A DNA stretch of 53,454 nucleotides from a virus (IMGVR_UViG_3300033552_000011:1-53454); one strand, 5' to 3'; positions 26,693-36,492 are shown, numbered from the stretch's first letter. The notes: a model not told the origin generated them from the letters alone. Program-made: numbers and translations.

Positions 26693-28551
26693 CAGATCTC
26701 CGCGTCAGTTGCTACAACACGAATAGCGATGTAAACAAATTCCGCTGCGCGTACTGGCTTGATAGCCACGTCCAACCAAAGTTCGTTACGGTCGATACGA
26801 TCACCGAAGTTGTTCGACTCGTTGCAATACGTCGCGTAGTCGCTCAAACCACGTTTGACCAGGATGTCGTTCAGGATACTATCTGCTGCCGACTTCAGGT
26901 TATCACGAGTGATTTGATCGTTTGGTTCGAACACGAACGGCATTGCACCCTTGCGGAGTGAACGCTTGAGGTACATAACCAGACGCACAACGTTGATGCG
27001 GTCGAGAGCCGAAGCTGCAGGAGCCGAAGTCTTCTGACCCCATACCAACATACCGCGTCCTGGGAAGAACGTGATTGGGTTGATGTTCTTGTCGTACTCG
27101 TACAGGTTGTCGCGCTGGCCGTCATTCAGATTGCATTCCACGAAGGTGGTTGCAGTTCCTGCTTGACCAGTGAAGTAACCAGCTTTGGATACGCCGGTGA
27201 CCAGACCACGTGCCACACCTGCTGGCGGAGTCCAAACATAACCTTCTGAGTCGCTGTATGTAATCGTGCGCAGTGCAGTTCCAGATGGTGCACCCATAAC
27301 GTTGCGGCCGTCCATGTTGGATTGCAGAGTCCATGGGTAGTAGTACGCAACCGATTCCGAAGAGAAGCGTTCCGACGTCAGCGCCCATTGAGCAACTTGG
27401 TCAGGCGACATGTTACCTGGAGTATCAGCGATGACCATTGCTTCGTCCTTGACAGCAACCGACAGTGCCAACAGTTCATCAACAACTTCTGGATAACCAG
27501 GGCAGAGGATGAGGTTGTATTCGTACATGTTCGAGCGAACTTCAACATTGCTGTTGATTTCAGCTTGGAGCGCAGTCGTGATAGCAACGCGGCGAGCAGC
27601 ATCGTTTGCACCGAGTGGAGCAGTGATGGTGACATCCGATACAGTGATGACAAATTCGTCGCCAGCAGCAAATGGTACTGAACCTGGCACAGCAGTGAAG
27701 CTGATGACCTGGCCGTTGGTGTTGCTGTCTGCAAATTCAGAATTAACGAAGCCAGTACCGATTGGACCGGACACAGTACCCGTCACGTCGAACGAAGTTG
27801 GCGAAGTGAAAACGATCGTGTAGGTTTCTGGGATTGCCAGCTCACCAGCGTCAATGTTTGCGATACGGCCGTTGCCTGCAATCTCACCAGTAGTTTGAGC
27901 GACGTAGTCAGTGCTGAACGTGAAGTAATCGTTTGCAGTGTATGGTACATCTCCACCAGTCACGTTGAAGTTGATGACGTTCGAGCTGAATGCAAGACCG
28001 ATCGAACCAGCGCCAATATAGCCAGACTTATCGCCGACAACTGAGAAGGAAGATGGTGACGAGAACCTAACGGTATACGTCTGCGGCTTGACGCCATTAC
28101 TGCTTGAGAAAACGTCCTGAAGTGCACCGTTACCAAGACCTTGGAAGTCAACTGCGCCTGACAGCTCGGGAATTCCCATGCTGAGGAATGTTTCTGGTGT
28201 GTCAGTCAAATCGATGTTTGCACGTACAACGAAGGCACGGTTACCGATGCCGAGGAAGTTGTTCAGTGCAAGTAGACCGTATTCGTTACGCGCGTCGCCG
28301 TGGAATTCATTGCCTGCGGAATCGCGGCGGAACGATGGGACACCGTAAAGCTGAAGCGACTGCGCCATGGAAGTGACGGTACGGACGACTGAATGTTCAA
28401 GCGTACCAGCGGCTGGTGTAATGCCGTTTGGTTGTACTTTCCCTGCATTGGATGCAATGAAAATAAGCGGAACTGTCGAAGCCGACACCGGAATGAAATA
28501 GCTCTCGTTTGTAACAGTGACTGAGACGCCTGGGGATACCAGTGTTGCCAT
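26692..28551 (-). CDS. tail sheath protein (gp18-like)
   Basis: LVSPGVSV, YYPW, WTPPAG..RG, RDNLY...INPI, WGQKT, LDRINVVRL, FEPND, KPVRAAEF; start revised to MATLVSPG. Confidence 0.95.
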   Translation of the reverse strand: MATLVSPGVSVTVTNESYFIPVSASTVPLIFIASNAGKVQPNGITPAAGTLEHSVVRTVTSMAQSLQLYGVPSFRRDSAGNEFHGDARNEYGLLALNNFLGIGNRAFVVRANIDLTDTPETFLSMGIPELSGAVDFQGLGNGALQDVFSSSNGVKPQTYTVRFSSPSSFSVVGDKSGYIGAGSIGLAFSSNVINFNVTGGDVPYTANDYFTFSTDYVAQTTGEIAGNGRIANIDAGELAIPETYTIVFTSPTSFDVTGTVSGPIGTGFVNSEFADSNTNGQVISFTAVPGSVPFAAGDEFVITVSDVTITAPLGANDAARRVAITTALQAEINSNVEVRSNMYEYNLILCPGYPEVVDELLALSVAVKDEAMVIADTPGNMSPDQVAQWALTSERFSSESVAYYYPWTLQSNMDGRNVMGAPSGTALRTITYSDSEGYVWTPPAGVARGLVTGVSKAGYFTGQAGTATTFVECNLNDGQRDNLYEYDKNINPITFFPGRGMLVWGQKTSAPAASALDRINVVRLVMYLKRSLRKGAMPFVFEPNDQITRDNLKSAADSILNDILVKRGLSDYATYCNESNNFGDRIDRNELWLDVAIKPVRAAEFVYIAIRVVATDAEI

Positions 28552-28605
28552 TGTTTTTCTCCTATGGATTGGCAGCAAACCTGCTGCTCTGGTTGTTCAT
28601 GATGA

Positions 28606-28613
28606 TATTTATG
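28606..28613 (-). promoter_or_regulatory. late promoter
   Basis: CATAAATA upstream of the sheath gene. Confidence 0.7.
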
Positions 28614-28643
28614 AATATGCCCAGTTTCCCGGCAACAATGACA

Positions 28644-29828
28644 TCACTTTAGGTTGAAAGCTTTCATGAAAGCTTTCAAGGCGTTCTGTTCGGTTTCGTT
28701 GTCAAACATAGTTTTTGCTTTTTCAAAAGCATCAGGCACATGTTTATGAATTTTGTTCAGCATTGTCTTGAACTCAGCAATCATTTTTGTAGATATGTTG
28801 GGTTGCTTTTGGTAGATCAATTTACCCATCCAGTACATGGCAGTGTACAATGCCTGTTTGGCGTCTGTCCCATCCTCAACAGCATGTTCCAATCTACCCC
28901 AGACTGCGCCGCCCGCCTGAGAACTGATAAACGTTTGCAAGGTATCTCGTGGGTTGGCACCAACATCATCTTGCTTTTTGGTCTGGCTTGCACCAAACAA
29001 CTTCGCAAGCTTCTTCAGGTATTCTTGCTTCTCAGCTTCCGGATCACATGCCAGTTCCAGGATTGTGAGGAAGCGACCAACGTCGTCGGTAACCTGGTTC
29101 AATTTCTTGTGGTAGTCAGTGTTGCCTGCAGTACGGAATTCCAGGTAGCCAGCATCCAGTTTCATTAGGTTGACGGTACGGTACTTCATTTTCTTGAGAG
29201 CTGATCCGGCCATTGCCTTAAGCATCGATGCACTCTCTGGCTTGCTGGCATATTCTGACAGAGCTGCCATCAGGTCAGCACGGTGTTCCTGGGCATATGT
29301 GTTCAGCTTGCGATCGTAGGACTTTAGCACGTGTGCTTCGCCCATGAACAGGATCAGCTTGAGCGGATCGAGCTTTTCTTTGATGTCAGGGATCGACAGG
29401 TTCAAGTGCAGACCTGTTGTCGAGTTGGTAACCACTTCGTGCTTGACCATCCATTTGAACAACATCTTCAGGTCGCCCAGCGAGTCTTCGACTGGGTCTG
29501 GTGGGGAGATGATTTCAATTCCGCAGCCCAGTCCACCCTCTTGAATCGAACCGTCGGGAACGATTCGCCATTGGTTGATGCTCTCGCCGTTGACTCGCAC
29601 GGAATAGCCCAGCAAATCTTCGAGGGAATCTTTGGCCATCTTTGCTGTGGCCATGAAGTCGCCCTTGCTTGAATCCTGTGTGCTGACAATGAGCAGGTCC
29701 GATTCCTCTGGAACCCACATCTCTAGTTCGAAGCCCATCTTCGCAGAACCAGACATGCGTTCGATTGCTGCGGCGAATACGCCCTTGGACATGCGTGCTT
29801 CGTCCAGAAATTGTTTGAATGTAATCAT
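28644..29828 (-). CDS. putative amidoligase (COOH-NH2 ligase type) with CTS-like N-terminus
   Basis: MITFKQFLDE; GFELE, W.IVPDGSI, GIEIISP, TNSTTGLHLN, KYRTVNL, LEFR. Confidence 0.82.
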   Translation of the reverse strand: MITFKQFLDEARMSKGVFAAAIERMSGSAKMGFELEMWVPEESDLLIVSTQDSSKGDFMATAKMAKDSLEDLLGYSVRVNGESINQWRIVPDGSIQEGGLGCGIEIISPPDPVEDSLGDLKMLFKWMVKHEVVTNSTTGLHLNLSIPDIKEKLDPLKLILFMGEAHVLKSYDRKLNTYAQEHRADLMAALSEYASKPESASMLKAMAGSALKKMKYRTVNLMKLDAGYLEFRTAGNTDYHKKLNQVTDDVGRFLTILELACDPEAEKQEYLKKLAKLFGASQTKKQDDVGANPRDTLQTFISSQAGGAVWGRLEHAVEDGTDAKQALYTAMYWMGKLIYQKQPNISTKMIAEFKTMLNKIHKHVPDAFEKAKTMFDNETEQNALKAFMKAFNLK

Positions 29829-30535
29829 AGGTCTACAAAAGCTTTCTTTATGACGCCGAGTTGCAGGTCACGGTTTTCTTTATCGTTGGCCAGCGGAATG
29901 ACGTAGTACTCGTCGCAATCAATCATGATCTCAACTGCCATACCTACAGCCTTGTCGAATCCGTTGATGGTGTAACCGAGACCCTTCATCAGTTCACCGA
30001 TTGCCTCAACATCTGGCTTACCGTCTGAACCAACGAACTCTTTTTGAAGTTCACCAGGTGTACCGTGATCTTTCGTATTTGTCTGCAATTCTTTTCGAAT
30101 CACATCATCATACAGGTCGGCAACTTTTGGTGACCAGACATAGGTGAACTTACCGATTGGCAATATGACTGCGACCTGCCCATACTCATATGCGTTTTCA
30201 CGGCCAGCCTCACCAAAGCAAAACACCGCCTGTGAGCGGGCACGGATGCCCATCTCTTCTTCAAACCAATCATCAATGATTCCATGGATTGCTTTCGCGG
30301 TATCCATTGGCTTGCGTTCTTTGCGAACAGTCTTCTTGAACACATTGAAAGTAACGCCTGGGAATTTCTCACCAAGCGACATGTTGCCAACCAGCGAACC
30401 AGCGCCGTTCATGCCCCGGACTATCAGGCCATTCTGTTGGGATCGTTTGAAGAAGTCAGAACAGTCGCCACGAAGCAATCCCTCGAAGGTCAAGTTTTCT
30501 TTTTCCTCTAGGAACTGCTTAAACGTTTTAGTCAT
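29825..30535 (-). CDS. CTS-tagged ART-like paralog (group B)
   Basis: MTKTFKQFLEE; IVRG, RKPMDT, ARSQAVFCFG, LPIG.F.YVWS, VEIMIDC..YY. Confidence 0.58.
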   Translation of the reverse strand: MTKTFKQFLEEKENLTFEGLLRGDCSDFFKRSQQNGLIVRGMNGAGSLVGNMSLGEKFPGVTFNVFKKTVRKERKPMDTAKAIHGIIDDWFEEEMGIRARSQAVFCFGEAGRENAYEYGQVAVILPIGKFTYVWSPKVADLYDDVIRKELQTNTKDHGTPGELQKEFVGSDGKPDVEAIGELMKGLGYTINGFDKAVGMAVEIMIDCDEYYVIPLANDKENRDLQLGVIKKAFVDL

Positions 30536-31031
30536 CTGATTTTACTTTGTACATTTCACGACGCAAGTCGCGCGGTGAAGTACCCTTGATTTTCATGGTG
30601 CGCTTCGGCATATCAAAGATATACTCTGGGATCGAACCAACAAAGTGCTTGTCAGTACGCTTGATGGCGTAGGTCTCTGCGCGCGATGCACCATTTTCCA
30701 GGTGACGCATATCAACCAACTCCACGTCTGAAAACATCTGGCGAACCTTCTGAACATTGTCAATCGTGAATTCAATCATTTCAGAATTGCGTTTTTGTTT
30801 CGCCTTATCGAAATCAGTCCACACTTTCAGCTTGATTTTCATTGGCTTACCGTCATACAGTTTGTCAAGCTTGGCTTGCTTCTCTGCCTTCAAACGATCA
30901 CCGGCTGCGTTCAGTACTTTGTCGTTCTCAGCTTTCTTTTCAGCACGCTTCGCATCTTTCTCTGCGCGCGTTACCTGCTTGCCGCCTTTGTTCTCGGCAA
31001 TGTACAGGTCGATTAATTGAATCAGTTTCAT
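30528..31031 (-). CDS. basic hypothetical protein, leader ending YIAE
   Basis: MKLIQLIDLYIAE, K-rich. Confidence 0.65.
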   Translation of the reverse strand: MKLIQLIDLYIAENKGGKQVTRAEKDAKRAEKKAENDKVLNAAGDRLKAEKQAKLDKLYDGKPMKIKLKVWTDFDKAKQKRNSEMIEFTIDNVQKVRQMFSDVELVDMRHLENGASRAETYAIKRTDKHFVGSIPEYIFDMPKRTMKIKGTSPRDLRREMYKVKSDD

Positions 31032-31819
31032 AGGATCTCGTTTGGTTGTGGTGGAATAGGACCCTGTGCAGGGCGTTCAGTAATTTCAACGGTGCCGTAG
31101 GTCGGGTCACCGAAAGGCAGAAGGTTACCGTCATCAGTTACTTCAAGAGTACCCATTGACCCGAGGTCACCAAGTTGAATCACGACCTTGCGTACCAGGT
31201 CATCCTTGATGCCCATTGGAATGCTGAGGTAGATTGGCATGATGAAGCCGAGTGACCAGACGATCATGCGGCGATCTGCACCTGATGGATAGTTTTCTTC
31301 GTTGTTGATGTCGGTCAGGGTAATGTTGGTGATGCGCGTCCAGTCAAACGGTCCATCAGACTTTTGGATCTGAATGTCTGGGTTGAAGAGAACGAGGATC
31401 TGTTCGAGGATCTGGTGAAGCTGTTGGGTGTTTGATGCCCAGATAGCAAGTTCCATAGTCATGTCATATGGAACAGGCATGACGCGCTTGACAACCGTCA
31501 GGTCATCTGGGAAGACACCACCGGTTTTCATTGTAACGATTTGATCGACGAAGCCAATACCACGACGACGTTCATCGTTAGGTACAAGGCCAGTCATGTA
31601 TGCGGACATCGTCGGCAGGGAGAATACACGGTTCGATGTGTTGCCTGACATGATGCCGGCAACAACACGGTCTTTGTTACCAATGACTGTAGGTACACTG
31701 ATGAATTCGGGCTCGCCGCATTCACCGATGCCAGTCTGTACTTGCAGGCCGTGGAAGATCGAGACGAACTGGAGCAGGTATGCCCTGAGTTGTCCGTGGT
31801 AAAAAAAGTGGTTTATGAT
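31028..31819 (-). CDS. tail sheath stabilizer/terminator (gp15-like), non-canonical ATC start
   Basis: Frame open upstream of the track's ATG (IINHFFYHGQLRAYLLQFVSIF...VP); LPTMS, PVPYDM.MEL.IW, QILEQILVLFNP; GGAG 8 nt before ATC. Confidence 0.8.
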   Translation of the reverse strand: MINHFFYHGQLRAYLLQFVSIFHGLQVQTGIGECGEPEFISVPTVIGNKDRVVAGIMSGNTSNRVFSLPTMSAYMTGLVPNDERRRGIGFVDQIVTMKTGGVFPDDLTVVKRVMPVPYDMTMELAIWASNTQQLHQILEQILVLFNPDIQIQKSDGPFDWTRITNITLTDINNEENYPSGADRRMIVWSLGFIMPIYLSIPMGIKDDLVRKVVIQLGDLGSMGTLEVTDDGNLLPFGDPTYGTVEITERPAQGPIPPQPNEIL

Positions 31820-31836
31820 GGTAAAAGCTCCGTGTG

Positions 31837-32466
31837 TTATTTGAATCCTAGAGATTTTTTAAGCTCTTCCTCGTATTCAATCGGGAAAGCATAGTATTTA
31901 TCGCACTTGATCATGATCTCACATTCATTGCGAACGGCAGAATCCAGACCAGTCTTTCGGTATTCTTGTTTATTCAGCCACTCGATAATGTCGGCTGGCT
32001 CACCTTCGTCTAGCTCTTCACCTTGGAGGTCAACATACAAATCGCTGATGTTAACCGACCACACATATTGAAATTCACCAATCGGGAAAATAATATGAGG
32101 ATCGCCGTATTCTTCGATGATCTCTGAAGAAGAATTTTCACCAAAGGCAAAGAGGCCTTCGGTACGCGCTTTGAACCCAAACTTATCATCGAACCAAGCG
32201 TTAAGTGTGCGATGGGTTTCGCTCGACATATCGCGTGGTTCACGATCAGAACGTACAGTTTTCCTGATGTACACCAGCTTGTTGCCTTCAGAATCTGTTA
32301 CATGCAGATCACCGGAAAGATGACTGTGTTTAATACCACGGAACAGGAAACCATTGCGGTCGGAGTCCCTAATGAACTGGCCGCAATCGCGTTCGATCAT
32401 CGTGCGAACTTCGTTGTCATACGACTTTGGATCGGCTTCGTTCAGGAATTGTTTGAATGTTTTCAC
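31837..32466 (-). CDS. CTS-tagged ART-like paralog (group B)
   Basis: MKTFKQFLNE; LFRG, ARTEGLF, IFPIGEF.YVWS, ECEIMIKC..YY. Confidence 0.6.
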   Translation of the reverse strand: MKTFKQFLNEADPKSYDNEVRTMIERDCGQFIRDSDRNGFLFRGIKHSHLSGDLHVTDSEGNKLVYIRKTVRSDREPRDMSSETHRTLNAWFDDKFGFKARTEGLFAFGENSSSEIIEEYGDPHIIFPIGEFQYVWSVNISDLYVDLQGEELDEGEPADIIEWLNKQEYRKTGLDSAVRNECEIMIKCDKYYAFPIEYEEELKKSLGFK

Positions 32467-33104
32467 GGGGTCATATCCAGTGCTAGTTTGATGGCATGCT
32501 CGCCGGCAAGTTCAAATGCGTAGTAACGATCGCATTGGACCATAACTTCATTTTTCATGTTCACGGCTTTGTGTAGGTGAGAGTCGATGTACTTGGCGGA
32601 GTTTAGAAACTCAATGAGCTTTTCTTCATCTCCATCTTTTAACTTGTTAATATCTTGGCCAATCTCGTTGTAAAGATCCTTGACAATCGGGGACCAAACG
32701 TAATTGAATTCACCAATTGGAAAGACTGCGCATGGTACACCGTACTGACGCAGGAGATTTTTGCCGGTCTCACCCAGGCAGAACATTGTCTGCGAGCGAG
32801 CACCGAAGCCGAATTTCTTTTTGAACCAGTTGTCCATGATCTGGTGTTGCTGCCGTTGGCTGTCTTTCGGCTTGCGATCTTGCCGAACAGTCTTCTCCCA
32901 GTAAATGAGGTCGTGTTCACGAGGTGAATCTACGCCGGCTCTAATTGACAGAGCTGTATCAATAGGAATTCCGCCTTCGGAAACACCTCGATACAGGAGA
33001 CCATGTTGTTTCGACTCTTGCAGGAAAGGTTTGCAGTCGCGCTCGACCAGTTCCCTGAACGTGATGGCTTCTTCTTCGGTGATAAATTGTTTGAATGTAA
33101 TCAT
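32463..33104 (-). CDS. CTS-tagged ART-like paralog (group B)
   Basis: MITFKQFITE; LYRG, ARSQTMFC, VFPIGEF.YVWS, NEVMVQC..YY. Confidence 0.6.
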   Translation of the reverse strand: MITFKQFITEEEAITFRELVERDCKPFLQESKQHGLLYRGVSEGGIPIDTALSIRAGVDSPREHDLIYWEKTVRQDRKPKDSQRQQHQIMDNWFKKKFGFGARSQTMFCLGETGKNLLRQYGVPCAVFPIGEFNYVWSPIVKDLYNEIGQDINKLKDGDEEKLIEFLNSAKYIDSHLHKAVNMKNEVMVQCDRYYAFELAGEHAIKLALDMTP

Positions 33105-33724
33105 TATGTTTTGCCAGTCGTTAGTGACTCTCGTAGCAGCGTTGCGTATTCCATAGGGAACGCATAGTAGCTGCTACATTGGACCATGATCTCATTACGA
33201 CCACGACATGCGTGCTGCAAATCCGTTGTTTGGTAACCAGCGCCTCCCAACCATTTGGTAATCTTTTCTTCCTCGTATTCATCCATGACGTTATACATGT
33301 CCTCAACATGTTCTGACCAAACGTATTTGATATCACCAATTGGGAAGATAATGCAGGGTGTTCCATAATGAGAAAGTTCATTACGATGAAGTCCAGCACC
33401 GGCTGCGAACACACAATTTGTGCGGGCACGGATGCCGAACTTTTCATTGAACCAATCATCAACAATGGTAGTGCGCTTCCTGGACATGTCCTTCGGTTTA
33501 CGATCGGTGCGAACAGCCTTCTTGATGAAGTCCATGTTGGTACCATCGTAAGCCTCGGTCGATCCAGGAATACCAGTATCAATCTTGACACCACGATACA
33601 GGAATCCACCCTTGGCTTCTTTTAAGAACGGGCCGCAATGCTTCTCGAGAAGAATCTTCACCTCTGCAGGTGGTTCTTCTCCAAGAAATTTGTCCTCACC
33701 TAGATATTGCTTAAATGTTATCAT
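33104..33724 (-). CDS. CTS-tagged ART-like paralog (group B)
   Basis: start revised to MITFKQYLGE (ATGA overlap); LYRG, ARTNCVF, IFPIG, NEIMVQC..YY. Confidence 0.6.
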   Translation of the reverse strand: MITFKQYLGEDKFLGEEPPAEVKILLEKHCGPFLKEAKGGFLYRGVKIDTGIPGSTEAYDGTNMDFIKKAVRTDRKPKDMSRKRTTIVDDWFNEKFGIRARTNCVFAAGAGLHRNELSHYGTPCIIFPIGDIKYVWSEHVEDMYNVMDEYEEEKITKWLGGAGYQTTDLQHACRGRNEIMVQCSSYYAFPMEYATLLRESLTTGKT

Positions 33725-35655
33725 GGAACCTTCTTGCTGGATGGATTCATTGTCGTATCCATATTCAGAATTTGAAGCTGACTTGGACGGTGCGCAGAAC
33801 GCTGGGCACGGCGATCGGTCTCGACATAAATCCAATCGTTCTTGACGATTGAGAATTTGTACAGGCGAGCTGGCAGGTTGAGCTGAGGCGCGTACTCGAG
33901 GCGGTAGTATTCTCCGTCTTTAGCTTTTGCAGCATCAGGTAACTTGTCGAAGCCAGTCGTGTATGGTGCTCCATCTGGCGGCAAGCCATCCTCGACATAC
34001 AGGCCAACACCGTCGTACGAACCTGGTTGGCGGAAGCGATTGGTACCAGAGGCTTGTTCGCGAACGTTCGTTCCCTTTTCTGGAACAGCGCGAACTGCTT
34101 CGGCTTCGTTTGCCTCGGATGCTGTGAGTCCCATCGTTTCGATTTGTTCAACACCTTCAAAGAATCGGAAGTCGTCAGTGATGTATTTCTGTGTGTCGGC
34201 AGTGCCGAGCAAATCGCGGTGCTCTTGACCTGGAATAAGTTGTTGAGCCTGGAAACGGTAGATGATCGGCTTCCAACCAGAGGTGAAACCATCTGCTGCC
34301 CAACCGCCGTCAGTTACTTCCAGGAACTTACGCACTGGACGGAGGTGTTGATCCCACTGCATTTCAGATGGGACTTCAAGGATGTCTCCAATTACGATTG
34401 GCCGACCAAGTGCTCGCACCATGTCAGCGAAGGATACAGTGAACGAATAGATGTCAGCCATCTGGAAACCGAACTTTGACAGGTCAGACACAGCGTCAAA
34501 TGGGGTGTACTGTGCTTTGAGCTGGATAGATGATTTCGCGTAGTCGCGATCACGGTTCTCCATGAAGAGCGGGTCTTGGATATCGTCAAGCGTTGTTGCC
34601 TGGTAATCGAATAGCTCGAGCTTGTCTACAACCCATGGCGAACCATTGCTGGCACCAGCGAATGATGTAGGTACAATCCTCCAGTAACGGGATGCAGCTG
34701 ACTGCTTGATACGAATCAACGCACCTATTGCTGCATTCGGCAGGTTGACAACGTCAACACGCTTCCATTCCATCTCGACAGGAACCATGAACGAATCGCC
34801 AGATTGGAACGGCACAGCACCTGGGTTGATTGTGAACGAGCCTTCTGGCGAATTGAATTGAGCGCCGACAGTTGCTTCACCAAGGATCGATGTGCCTTCG
34901 TTCGACGTGTACATGACCGTAAACTTCATCGGCGAATCAGCAAACAGCATGAATGATCCTGGCCGGGAACCAAAGCCTGGGCGGAATCCACCCACGGCGC
35001 CGTCGCCGCCCTGAGCATTGGACGTTGTGATCTTGAACTGGTTGACTGTAAAGTTTCCGTCGGAGCGGTCAACACGAACCTGCATCGCACGAGTAGTCGC
35101 ATCCGGTCCTTGCTGGATACGGAAACTTGTGATGTGTTGGGAGTCAGGTGCACCAGGTGCGTTCTCAGGTTCGCCGAAAGAAGTCTTGCGAATACCAAAA
35201 TCATAACCAATATACGCGGGTCCTTGCAGAACGTCTAGGCCAGTGGTTGAGCTGACCCAACTGTCGGCCAGCTCGTCAAACACATTGGCAACATCTCCGC
35301 TCGACCCGATTGCGTGGCCAGCACCAACGAGGTCAATCAGCTTGCCCTGCTCGTGGTTACCCAGGAGCTTGAACACATTGACTGGCGCGCCAGAGATGTT
35401 CAGTGCTTCAGCAGCAACTGCATCCTGGTAAGTGTTCTCAGTGTATGCACAAACGTCTTGCGAAAGCCTGTACGTACCAACGCAGAATTCCGGAGGCACG
35501 TAGGTTCCACCGCCACCAGGCGGTATGACTGCGCCAGGGCCAAGTGGTGGGGCATAAGGCAGGCCCGAGTTAGGGGTCACCGGATTGTTGAAGGAGCCTG
35601 CAGCATCCAGGCATTCTTCAAGTGTAGTTCGTTTTGGTGGTAGTGGTGTAGTCAT
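33721..35655 (-). CDS. neck protein (gp14-like) with inserted discoidin-like and beta domains
   Basis: EALNISG..V.V, DPLFMENRDRDY, LSKFG, GRP.VIGDILE; lies between gp13 and gp15. Confidence 0.65.
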   Translation of the reverse strand: MTTPLPPKRTTLEECLDAAGSFNNPVTPNSGLPYAPPLGPGAVIPPGGGGTYVPPEFCVGTYRLSQDVCAYTENTYQDAVAAEALNISGAPVNVFKLLGNHEQGKLIDLVGAGHAIGSSGDVANVFDELADSWVSSTTGLDVLQGPAYIGYDFGIRKTSFGEPENAPGAPDSQHITSFRIQQGPDATTRAMQVRVDRSDGNFTVNQFKITTSNAQGGDGAVGGFRPGFGSRPGSFMLFADSPMKFTVMYTSNEGTSILGEATVGAQFNSPEGSFTINPGAVPFQSGDSFMVPVEMEWKRVDVVNLPNAAIGALIRIKQSAASRYWRIVPTSFAGASNGSPWVVDKLELFDYQATTLDDIQDPLFMENRDRDYAKSSIQLKAQYTPFDAVSDLSKFGFQMADIYSFTVSFADMVRALGRPIVIGDILEVPSEMQWDQHLRPVRKFLEVTDGGWAADGFTSGWKPIIYRFQAQQLIPGQEHRDLLGTADTQKYITDDFRFFEGVEQIETMGLTASEANEAEAVRAVPEKGTNVREQASGTNRFRQPGSYDGVGLYVEDGLPPDGAPYTTGFDKLPDAAKAKDGEYYRLEYAPQLNLPARLYKFSIVKNDWIYVETDRRAQRSAHRPSQLQILNMDTTMNPSSKKVP

Positions 35656-36492
35656 TTAATCATTCCAGTCAGGAGCATTCCAGTGTTCTTGCAGTTCTTC
35701 AAGTAGCTCTGGATATTGATCAGCCCATTCCATAATTCGTTTTGCGTCTGCTTCTTTCATGCGGCCGATAGTTGGAATGAATCCAACTTCACCCTCGATC
35801 CAGACTTCACCATCTGAGTCGTGGTTACCTACCTGTGCACCGGTCGTGTTACGAAGGAACAGGGACGGTGTCATCACAGCTTCCCATGCCTCGTATAGAT
35901 TGTCCAACTTGAGACGCTTCATGTACTTGTACAATGAGGCAATGGACGAGCTTTGGTCGCCCTCATCTTCTACGTGCCGTTGCACATCTTCCAAATCGAT
36001 ATTCTTTAAGGCAGATACCAATTCAGGATAGGTGTCATGCTTGTCGGTCATCAGCGATTCTGACACTTGGTTAAACTCTTCAATGGTCATATTCGAAATT
36101 TTGGTCTCGGCATCCCACAAGTCGCGGTCGCCTACAACCCCGATCTTGGCTTCATCGTGTACTATGAGGAGAGCAGCCGAACCAAAGCCTTGAGCGATGT
36201 CTCGGTCATCGGCAGCGATCCAAGCCTGTGAACGCTTCGGCCAGTCTTTGAACATGGGATGATTGTCAAACCACAATGTGTAGTTGTTGTACGTGTTGGC
36301 GCTTTTGCGAGGCAAGCCACCAAGCGATGACCCAAGACGCAGACCTTTCTCGCCATCGCCAGATCCGCCGCGATACAGGAACTTCGGTCCAGACATATAC
36401 ACTTTCGCGTTTGTGTCCGCCCACTTGATGAAGGCTTCTACGCCGACGACGGCAGTGCGTGATTCAGAAAGGAATTGTTTAAAAGTCTGCAT
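35656..36492 (-). CDS. CTS-tagged ART-like paralog (group A)
   Basis: MQTFKQFLSE; LYRG, RKSANTYNNYT, KRSQAWIA.D...A..FG, GEVWIEG. Confidence 0.6.
   Translation of the reverse strand: MQTFKQFLSESRTAVVGVEAFIKWADTNAKVYMSGPKFLYRGGSGDGEKGLRLGSSLGGLPRKSANTYNNYTLWFDNHPMFKDWPKRSQAWIAADDRDIAQGFGSAALLIVHDEAKIGVVGDRDLWDAETKISNMTIEEFNQVSESLMTDKHDTYPELVSALKNIDLEDVQRHVEDEGDQSSSIASLYKYMKRLKLDNLYEAWEAVMTPSLFLRNTTGAQVGNHDSDGEVWIEGEVGFIPTIGRMKEADAKRIMEWADQYPELLEELQEHWNAPDWND

Noticed and set aside
31790-31810. Programmed frameshift at the T7 run upstream of gp15
   Set aside because: The gp15-like frame is continuous through the run and the upstream gene stops at 31837, so no shift is needed.
33725-33835. Extended N-terminus of ORF 33104..33835 given in the track
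   Set aside because: It overlaps the gp14-like gene; the ATG at 33724 gives the family leader and an ATGA junction.
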